From: Phaeosaccion multiseriatum
Lineage: Eukaryota > Protista > Ochrophyta, other classes
Direction of reading: 5' to 3'
DNA: 64,000 nucleotides
Assembly (NCBI GenBank): GCA_965112735.1
Contig: OZ218958.1
Coordinates: forward strand, 1-64,000
Position 1 is the first letter of the stretch; the number at the start of each line of letters is the position of its first letter. The translations under genes and the position numbers were made by a program. The notes beneath the pieces are model-generated. The model made no database searches. It was not told where the DNA came from and saw only the letters and a list, made by a program, of their open reading frames with translations. Of this stretch, positions 1-9,500 are shown piece after piece.

Positions 1-3000
1 CTGGCCTGGCCTGGCCTGGCCTGGCCTGGCCTGGCCTGGCCTGGCCTGGCCTGGCCTGGCCTGGCCTGGCCTGGCCTGGCCTGGCCTGGCCTGGCCTGGC
101 CCTGGCCCTGGCCCTGGCCTGGCCTGGCCTGGCCTGGCCTGGCCTGGCCTGGCCTGGCCTGGCCTGGCCTGGCCTGGCCTGGCCTGGCCTGGCCTGGCCT
201 GGCCTGGCCTGGCCTGGCCTGGCCTGGCCTGGCCTGGCCTGGCCTGGCCTGGCCTGGCCTGGCCTGGCCTGGCCTGGCCTGGCCTGGCCTGGCCTGGCCT
301 GGCCTGGCCTGGCCTGGCCTGGCCTGGCCTGGCCTGGCCTGGCCTGGCCTGGCCTGGCCTGGCCTGGCCTGGCCTGGCCTGGCCTGGCCTGGCCTGGCCT
401 GGCCTGGCCTGGCCTGGCCTGGCCTGGCCTGGCCTGGCCTGGCCTGGCCTGGCCTGGCCTGGCCTGGCCTGGCCTGGCCTGGCCTGGCCTGGCCTGGCCT
501 GGCCTGGCCTGGCCTGGCCTGGCCTGGCCTGGCCTGGCCTGGCCTGGCCTGGCCTGGCCTGGCCTGGCCTGGCCTGGCCTGGCCTGGCCTGGCCTGGCCC
601 TGGCCTGGCCTGGCCTGGCCTGGCCTGGCCTGGCCTGGCCTGGCCTGGCCTGGCCTGGCCTGGCCTGGCCTGGCCTGGCCTGGCCTGGCCTGGCCTGGCC
701 TGGCCTGGCCCTGGCCTGGCCTGGCCCTGGCCTGGCCTGGCCTGGCCCTGGCCTGGCCTGGCCTGGCCTGGCCTGGCCTGGCCTGGCCTGGCCTGGCCCT
801 GGCCCTGGCCCTGGCCCTGGCCTGGCCTGGCCTGGCCTGGCCTGGCCTGGCCTGGCCTGGCCCTGGCCTGGCCTGGCCTGGCCTGGCCTGGCCTGGCCTG
901 GCCTGGCCTGGCCTGGCCTGGCCTGGCCTGGCCTGGCCTGGCCTGGCCTGGCCTGGCCTGGCCTGGCCTGGCCTGGCCTGGCCTGGCCTGGCCTGGCCTG
1001 GCCTGGCCTGGCCTGGCCTGGCCTGGCCTGGCCTGGCCTGGCCTGGCCTGGCCTGGCCTGGCCTGGCCTGGCCTGGCCTGGCCTGGCCTGGCCTGGCCTG
1101 GCCTGGCCTGGCCTGGCCTGGCCTGGCCTGGCCTGGCCTGGCCTGGCCTGGCCTGGCCTGGCCTGGCCTGGCCTGGCCTGGCCTGGCCTGGCCTGGCCTG
1201 GCCTGGCCTGGCCTGGCCTGGCCTGGCCTGGCCTGGCCTGGCCTGGCCTGGCCTGGCCTGGCCTGGCCTGGCCTGGCCTGGCCTGGCCTGGCCTGGCCTG
1301 GCCTGGCCTGGCCTGGCCTGGCCTGGCCTGGCCTGGCCTGGCCTGGCCTGGCCTGGCCTGGCCTGGCCTGGCCTGGCCTGGCCTGGCCTGGCCTGGCCTG
1401 GCCTGGCCTGGCCTGGCCTGGCCTGGCCTGGCCTGGCCTGGCCTGGCCTGGCCTGGCCTGGCCTGGCCTGGCCTGGCCTGGCCTGGCCTGGCCTGGCCTG
1501 GCCTGGCCTGGCCTGGCCTGGCCTGGCCTGGCCTGGCCTGGCCTGGCCTGGCCTGGCCTGGCCTGGCCTGGCCTGGCCTGGCCTGGCCTGGCCTGGCCTG
1601 GCCTGGCCTGGCCTGGCCTGGCCTGGCCTGGCCTGGCCTGGCCTGGCCTGGCCCTGGCCTGGCCCTGGCCTGGCCCTGGCCTGGCCTGGCCTGGCCTGGC
1701 CTGGCCTGGCCTGGCCTGGCCTGGCCTGGCCTGGCCTGGCCTGGCCTGGCCTGGCCTGGCCTGGCCTGGCCTGGCCTGGCCTGGCCTGGCCTGGCCTGGC
1801 CTGGCCTGGCCTGGCCTGGCCTGGCCTGGCCTGGCCTGGCCTGGCCTGGCCTGGCCTGGCCTGGCCTGGCCTGGCCTGGCCTGGCCTGGCCTGGCCTGGC
1901 CTGGCCTGGCCTGGCCTGGCCTGGCCTGGCCTGGCCTGGCCTGGCCTGGCCTGGCCTGGCCTGGCCTGGCCTGGCCTGGCCTGGCCTGGCCTGGCCTGGC
2001 CTGGCCTGGCCTGGCCTGGCCTGGCCTGGCCTGGCCTGGCCTGGCCTGGCCTGGCCTGGCCTGGCCTGGCCTGGCCTGGCCTGGCCTGGCCTGGCCTGGC
2101 CTGGCCTGGCCTGGCCTGGCCTGGCCTGGCCTGGCCTGGCCTGGCCTGGCCTGGCCTGGCCTGGCCTGGCCTGGCCTGGCCTGGCCTGGCCTGGCCTGGC
2201 CTGGCCTGGCCTGGCCTGGCCTGGCCTGGCCTGGCCTGGCCTGGCCTGGCCTGGCCTGGCCTGGCCTGGCCTGGCCTGGCCTGGCCTGGCCTGGCCTGGC
2301 CTGGCCTGGCCTGGCCTGGCCTGGCCTGGCCTGGCCTGGCCTGGCCTGGCCTGGCCTGGCCTGGCCTGGCCTGGCCTGGCCTGGCCTGGCCTGGCCTGGC
2401 CTGGCCTGGCCTGGCCTGGCCTGGCCTGGCCTGGCCTGGCCTGGCCTGGCCTGGCCTGGCCTGGCCTGGCCTGGCCTGGCCTGGCCTGGCCTGGCCTGGC
2501 CTGGCCTGGCCTGGCCTGGCCTGGCCTGGCCTGGCCTGGCCTGGCCTGGCCTGGCCTGGCCTGGCCTGGCCTGGCCTGGCCTGGCCTGGCCTGGCCTGGC
2601 CTGGCCTGGCCTGGCCTGGCCTGGCCTGGCCTGGCCTGGCCTGGCCTGGCCTGGCCTGGCCTGGCCTGGCCTGGCCTGGCCTGGCCTGGCCTGGCCTGGC
2701 CTGGCCTGGCCTGGCCTGGCCTGGCCTGGCCTGGCCTGGCCTGGCCTGGCCTGGCCTGGCCTGGCCTGGCCTGGCCTGGCCTGGCCTGGCCTGGCCTGGC
2801 CTGGCCTGGCCTGGCCTGGCCTGGCCTGGCCTGGCCTGGCCTGGCCTGGCCTGGCCTGGCCTGGCCTGGCCTGGCCTGGCCTGGCCTGGCCTGGCCTGGC
2901 CTGGCCTGGCCTGGCCTGGCCTGGCCTGGCCTGGCCTGGCCTGGCCTGGCCTGGCCTGGCCTGGCCTGGCCTGGCCTGGCCTGGCCTGGCCTGGCCTGGC

Positions 3001-5731
3001 CTGGCCTGGCCTGGCCTGGCCTGGCCTGGCCTGGCCTGGCCTGGCCTGGCCTGGCCTGGCCTGGCCTGGCCTGGCCTGGCCTGGCCTGGCCTGGCCTGGC
3101 CTGGCCTGGCCTGGCCTGGCCTGGCCTGGCCTGGCCTGGCCTGGCCTGGCCTGGCCTGGCCTGGCCTGGCCTGGCCTGGCCTGGCCTGGCCTGGCCTGGC
3201 CTGGCCTGGCCTGGCCTGGCCTGGCCTGGCCTGGCCTGGCCTGGCCTGGCCTGGCCTGGCCTGGCCTGGCCTGGCCTGGCCTGGCCTGGCCTGGCCTGGC
3301 CTGGCCTGGCCTGGCCTGGCCTGGCCTGGCCTGGCCTGGCCTGGCCTGGCCTGGCCTGGCCTGGCCTGGCCTGGCCTGGCCTGGCCTGGCCTGGCCTGGC
3401 CTGGCCTGGCCTGGCCTGGCCTGGCCTGGCCTGGCCTGGCCTGGCCTGGCCTGGCCTGGCCTGGCCTGGCCTGGCCTGGCCTGGCCTGGCCTGGCCTGGC
3501 CTGGCCTGGCCTGGCCTGGCCTGGCCTGGCCTGGCCTGGCCTGGCCTGGCCTGGCCTGGCCTGGCCTGGCCTGGCCTGGCCTGGCCTGGCCTGGCCTGGC
3601 CTGGCCTGGCCTGGCCTGGCCTGGCCTGGCCTGGCCTGGCCTGGCCTGGCCTGGCCTGGCCTGGCCTGGCCTGGCCTGGCCTGGCCTGGCCTGGCCTGGC
3701 CTGGCCTGGCCTGGCCTGGCCTGGCCTGGCCTGGCCTGGCCTGGCCTGGCCTGGCCTGGCCTGGCCTGGCCTGGCCTGGCCTGGCCTGGCCTGGCCTGGC
3801 CTGGCCTGGCCTGGCCTGGCCTGGCCTGGCCTGGCCTGGCCTGGCCTGGCCTGGCCTGGCCTGGCCTGGCCTGGCCTGGCCTGGCCTGGCCTGGCCTGGC
3901 CTGGCCTGGCCTGGCCTGGCCTGGCCTGGCCTGGCCTGGCCTGGCCTGGCCTGGCCTGGCCTGGCCTGGCCTGGCCTGGCCTGGCCTGGCCTGGCCTGGC
4001 CTGGCCTGGCCTGGCCTGGCCTGGCCTGGCCTGGCCTGGCCTGGCCTGGCCTGGCCTGGCCTGGCCTGGCCTGGCCTGGCCTGGCCTGGCCTGGCCTGGC
4101 CTGGCCTGGCCTGGCCTGGCCTGGCCTGGCCTGGCCTGGCCTGGCCTGGCCTGGCCTGGCCTGGCCTGGCCTGGCCTGGCCTGGCCTGGCCTGGCCTGGC
4201 CTGGCCTGGCCTGGCCTGGCCTGGCCTGGCCTGGCCTGGCCTGGCCTGGCCTGGCCTGGCCTGGCCTGGCCTGGCCTGGCCTGGCCTGGCCTGGCCTGGC
4301 CTGGCCTGGCCTGGCCTGGCCTGGCCTGGCCTGGCCTGGCCTGGCCTGGCCTGGCCTGGCCTGGCCTGGCCTGGCCTGGCCTGGCCTGGCCTGGCCTGGC
4401 CTGGCCTGGCCTGGCCTGGCCTGGCCTGGCCTGGCCTGGCCTGGCCTGGCCTGGCCTGGCCTGGCCTGGCCTGGCCTGGCCTGGCCTGGCCTGGCCTGGC
4501 CTGGCCTGGCCTGGCCTGGCCTGGCCTGGCCTGGCCTGGCCTGGCCTGGCCTGGCCTGGCCTGGCCTGGCCTGGCCTGGCCTGGCCTGGCCTGGCCTGGC
4601 CTGGCCTGGCCTGGCCTGGCCTGGCCTGGCCTGGCCTGGCCTGGCCTGGCCTGGCCTGGCCTGGCCTGGCCTGGCCTGGCCTGGCCTGGCCTGGCCTGGC
4701 CTGGCCTGGCCTGGCCTGGCCTGGCCTGGCCTGGCCTGGCCTGGCCTGGCCTGGCCTGGCCTGGCCTGGCCTGGCCTGGCCTGGCCTGGCCTGGCCTGGC
4801 CTGGCCTGGCCTGGCCTGGCCTGGCCTGGCCTGGCCTGGCCTGGCCTGGCCTGGCCTGGCCTGGCCTGGCCTGGCCTGGCCTGGCCTGGCCTGGCCTGGC
4901 CTGGCCTGGCCTGGCCTGGCCTGGCCTGGCCTGGCCTGGCCTGGCCTGGCCTGGCCTGGCCTGGCCTGGCCTGGCCTGGCCTGGCCTGGCCTGGCCTGGC
5001 CTGGCCTGGCCTGGCCTGGCCTGGCCTGGCCTGGCCTGGCCTGGCCTGGCCTGGCCTGGCCTGGCCTGGCCTGGCCCTGGCCCTGGCCTGGCCTGGCCTG
5101 GCCTGGCCTGGCCTGGCCTGGCCTGGCCTGGCCTGGCCTGGCCTGGCCTGGCCTGGCCTGGCCTGGCCTGGCCTGGCCTGGCCTGGCCTGGCCTGGCCTG
5201 GCCTGGCCTGGCCTGGCCTGGCCTGGCCTGGCCTGGCCTGGCCTGGCCTGGCCTGGCCTGGCCTGGCCTGGCCTGGCCTGGCCTGGCCTGGCCTGGCCTG
5301 GCCTGGCCTGGCCTGGCCTGGCCTGGCCTGGCCTGGCCTGGCCTGGCCTGGCCTGGCCTGGCCTGGCCTGGCCTGGCCTGGCCTGGCCTGGCCTGGCCTG
5401 GCCTGGCCTGGCCTGGCCTGGCCTGGCCTGGCCTGGCCTGGCCTGGCCTGGCCTGGCCTGGCCTGGCCTGGCCCTGGCCCTGGCCCTGGCCCTGGCCTGG
5501 CCCTGGCCTGGCCTGGCCTGGCCTGGCCTGGCCTGGCCTGGCCTGGCCTGGCCTGGCCTGGCCTGGCCTGGCCTGGCCTGGCCTGGCCTGGCCTGGCCTG
5601 GCCTGGCCTGGCCTGGCCTGGCCTGGCCTGGCCTGGCCTGGCCTGGCCTGGCCTGGCCTGGCCTGGCCTGGCCTGGCCTGGCCTGGCCTGGCCTGGCCTG
5701 GCCTGGCCTGGCCTGGCCTGGCCTGGCCTGG
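1..5731. repeat. (CCTGG)n terminal tandem array with scattered CCCTGG units; probably telomere tract miscalled by nanopore basecalling
   Basis: Continuous 5-mer repeat from base 1 with occasional CCCTGG units. It grades into CCCTAA through a mixed zone at 5732-5764. Confidence 0.9.
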
Positions 5732-5893
5732 CCTAACCCTGGCCCTGGCCTAACCCTGGCCTGGCCTAACCCTAAACCTAACCCTAACCCTAACCCTAAC
5801 CCTAACCCTAACCCTAACCCTAACCCTAACCCTAACCCTAACCCTAACCCTAACCCTAACCCTAACCCTAACCCTAACCCTAACCCTAACCCT
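5732..5893. repeat. Telomeric (CCCTAA)n / (TTAGGG)n tract, C-strand on +, consistent with a left chromosome end
   Basis: Mixed CCTAA/CCCTGG units at 5732-5764, then about 21 CCCTAA units to 5893. Confidence 0.95.
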
Positions 5894-5934
5894 GCAGTGA
5901 TGTTATATTATTATATAATATATATAATATAATC
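5894..5934. other. 41-bp AT-rich filler between the telomere and the retrotransposon sequence
   Basis: GCAGTGATGTTATATTATTATATAATATATATAATATAATC. It does not match the element sequence upstream of 11854 and contains inverted arms TTATATTA/TAATATAA. Confidence 0.75.
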
Positions 5935-5994
5935 GCCGCCGATAAGGAAACCCTTCGGGAACCCTTTTTGGTTACTTTTATTCATATGAACATG

Positions 5995-6026
<32 letters not shown>

Positions 6027-6089
6027 TTCTCTTTTAGCATTTAGTTTAGTCACGCTCTCGTTAGTCGAGCTTCTCTCTCGAGGGGGAAG
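5935..6089 (+). mobile_element. 3' end (pol stop codon, 3' UTR, PPT) of a truncated upstream copy of Gypsy element 1
   Basis: Identical by eye to 11854-12008 (offset 5919), including GCCGCCGATAA, the (CT)n tract and the PPT GAGGGGGAAG. Confidence 0.9.
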
Positions 6090-6363
6090 TGTTGCCCCTA
6101 CAGCCTCATATTCATTGCCTTAGTACGTGTAACTGTCACCATGCCCATATGACATCTTACGTGGCACAATGAGGTGGCACACAGCCCACCGGGAGTAGTA
6201 GTCTGTGGCGCTCCCTCACTCTTAGCTTATCCACCCTAAAGCTAAAGGAGACTCGGCTCTTTACTAGAGCTGAGGCAAGGCCTCCAAACTTTACAACCTT
6301 GCACCCATCTCTTCAAATATTGGCTCACTTTCCGACTTGCTAGCGATAGCGGGATTGGCTACA
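6090..6363 (+). repeat. 5' (shared) LTR of element 1
   Basis: Termini TGTTGCC...GGCTACA (TG...CA, 6/7 inverted repeat), preceded by a PPT; identical to 12009-12282. Confidence 0.88.
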
Positions 6364-6521
6364 ATAAAGCTTTATTTGAGAATTGCCAAAACTCAGGAAA
6401 CTCTCAGCTCTCGGTCTCTGCATTCGGGAGACCTCTCAGCCTCAGCATTTCTGATCTAGAGTCGAACAGCTCGACAGCCGGACCACCTCTGATCCTCAGC
6501 TTTGCGGAATTCAGCATCAGC

Positions 6522-9500
6522 ATGGCGAACAACAAGAACAAGAGGAAGGGCAAGGCTAAGGAGGCTGAGGCGGTGCAGGACGTGGCTGACTCAGATGATG
6601 TCGCGGGGGCAGCAGATGCAGCATCCGAGGCGAACGACGAGGCAGCAGCTTCCGGTACCGACGAGGAGAATGGCAGCAGCAGTAGCAGCAGTGGCTCGGA
6701 CAGCGAGGAGGAGTCTCAGCGTATGCCCGCGACAGCCAGCTCAGTGGCCATCTTCTCTCTCACTGCTCCCAACTTCCCATCTGGGGAGGTTACGGAGAAG
6801 GCTCTTATTGCTTTCTTCAAGCAGTATGAGACTTACCTTCGGCGCTACAACGCCATTGTAGGTTCAAAGCCTGACCTTACGACTCTTGAGGTGCTCTTGC
6901 CTACGCACTACCTTACGTCACTAGGCGCTCAGCTTGGTAAAGCTACCTCAGCTATTACTCACGAGTTTCTTTACAAGCACCTTCAGCAGCTGGTAGAGCC
7001 TGAGGCCGGCTCCTGTTCGGACCATGGCAATGCCCTACTGAAGGACCTCAAGAGCAAGCTCTATCTGCCACCGGATACTCAGAATCCCGTGGGCTCTCTC
7101 AATCAGCAGATGCACGGTCTCTTGGAGAAGCATGGCCAGACTCGAGTCTTCTTCAAGGAGGACAACACTCAGGTCAGCACGGAGTCTTGCCAAGTTCTGT
7201 GCAATGCTCTGCTTCAAGCGTGCAATCGCCCTCAGGGGCTGAAGGGGTACCTCACTAGGTACTTCACTCTTCACAAGAATCTTCTGAAGACCTACGTGCC
7301 CTTTCTCCAGCAACTGACCCTCATGGTGGATCAGTACTTGCCCATCTACCGGTGCATCCAGCAAGACACTTCTAATGGGGCTGTCGCTCTGCCCTCTCTT
7401 GAGGAGATACAGCGATTGGTCATCACTGGTGGGGGCAAGAAGCCAGCTGGCGGCGGTAGGCGACAGCAGCAGCAGCAGCAGCAGCAGCCGAAGCGCGACG
7501 CTCCCGCCTCTGCGGATTCTCGGGCAACTGCCCCCCCTCTGAAGAAGCCGAAGAAGCAAGGACGTGAGTCCAAGGCTCGGGCTTGCTTCAAGTGTGGCAA
7601 CTCTGATCACACGGTCTATACTTGCCCGCAGCTCAAGAACAAAGCGGAGCGCATGAAGGTTATGAGCGACCGCAACCTGCCTTGGAACCCTCCCAAGAAC
7701 TATGAGGTCAGTACTCTGACCACTGCTAATGACTTACTCTCGCACTCTCCCACTGATGGAACAATCTCTCTCTTTTCTTCCTCTCCTGCTTCTTTGCATG
7801 CTCTTACGCATCAAACAGGACAACTGAAGAAGCGCTCTCTCGAGTGCTTAGTCGACACCGGTGCGGAGACCTTTTGCCTCCTTCCCAGGCCTGTGGCGGA
7901 CGAGATGGTAGCAGACGGAATGGATGTCTCCATTCGCGCTCTTCCTAAGCCGGTGCAGCTGCAGCCTTTTGGATGCAGCACCTCACAAGTCATCACGCAT
8001 GAGCTCAGCAACTTTCACTTTCACATTCATACGGACGCGGGTCCTCTCTCTTCTGTCGCACTTCCACCTCTCACTGCATTGCTCTTTGAGCCGCGCGAGG
8101 ATGAGGCCCCTCTCTTCTACCTAGGGAAAGGGCTGGCCCAACAGCTGGGTCTCGCGCTGCCCCGAGAGCAGCTTCGACAGCAGGCGGAGAAGCAAGCAGC
8201 TGTGGCTGGTTCGGAAGTGCCCTTTGAACTGCGCAACTCCACTCCCACTGATGCGTCTTCTGCAACGGTGCGCGTGAGTTCGTTGTTACAAGCGGGTGCT
8301 TCTCTTGCTTCCTTGCCTGAGCAGTATATAGGCGACAACGCTAACTTTTCTATAGATCTCTGGGACTGCTCTTCTGATGATGTGTATGCTTCGCAATACA
8401 CCTCTGACGAAGTCTTCCACGTAGCTTCCGCCACCTTTACTGCTCGCAGTGAAGTTGGCACCTCTAATAATGAACCACTGGCCCGCTACGATGATCCTCT
8501 CCCTGAGGTGTCTGATTCTCCCGTCTTACCGGAAACTCAAATCAAAGAAGCTCTGCTCCCCATTGCTCAATCAGCAATAGGCTTCTCCGACACCGCAGCT
8601 CTCTATGAGGTCCTTACCTCACACCCGGAAGTATGGCGAGGCAAAGCGCTCTTGCATGACCCTCCTGCCAAGGTCGACCCCATGGTCATTCGCCTCAAGG
8701 ACGGAGCGGAGCCCATCTGCCAATTGCCCATCTACCAATCCGGTGCCCGTCGTGATTTTCTTCGAGACTTCACGGACGAGCTCTCCAAGTTCGGATATCA
8801 CTATCCAAACCCTCAGGCCGTCTGGGCCAGCCGCGCTTTCTGTATCCAGAAGCCCGGCAAACCTGGACAGTTCAGGCAGGTAGCTGACTACCAAGAGGTC
8901 AACCTTCGCACTCTTCGCTCCCGCTTTCCCATGCCCAATCTCTCTGAGATCAGTGCCAAGATGCGCGGAGCACGCTTCTTCTGTGAGCTTGACCTTGCCA
9001 ACATGTTCTGGCAGCTGCCCCTCGATCTCTCCAGCCAAGAGATCCTCACCTACTGCACTCCTGACGGGAAGTTTACTCCCACGCGTGTGACTCAAGGCAT
9101 CCTCAATGCCAGTGAGTTTGCACAGAGCACTCTAGCTAAGTGCCTCTCTGAACATTTCGGCACCAACCTTGTTACCTGGATCGACAACATCACCATCTGG
9201 GCCCACACGGAGGAAGAGTTCCGCTCCATTCTTCAGTCTGTGCTCGATGCACTCGCCAAGGCCGGTTTCAAGCTCGGGCTCTCGGGTGTATCCATCGGCA
9301 ACTCGCAAAAGTTCTGCGGGAAGATCTATGATGGCGACGGCGTCAAACATGACCCTGTCAAGATCCAAGGTCTCCTCGACCTCGAGGAGCCCAAGAACGG
9401 TGCTGAGTTGATTCAATTCGTCGCCGCTGCTGGCTGGATGCGAGACTGCATCCCACGCTTTGCAGAGCTCGTCGCTCCTCTGCAAGAGCTCAACCAAACC

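Noticed and set aside
5914-5923. TATAATATAT shared between the junction filler and the element 2 LTR (16146-16155)
   Set aside because: A low-complexity 10-mer, too weak to claim templating.
5935-6364. Treating the whole 430-bp direct repeat as the LTR
   Set aside because: It contains the pol stop codon and PPT, and TG...CA termini with an inverted repeat define a 274-bp LTR inside it.
6363-6372. AATAAAGCTT resembling a retroviral poly(A) signal context
   Set aside because: A 10-bp coincidence with no other similarity; kept only as an alternative reading of the palindrome.
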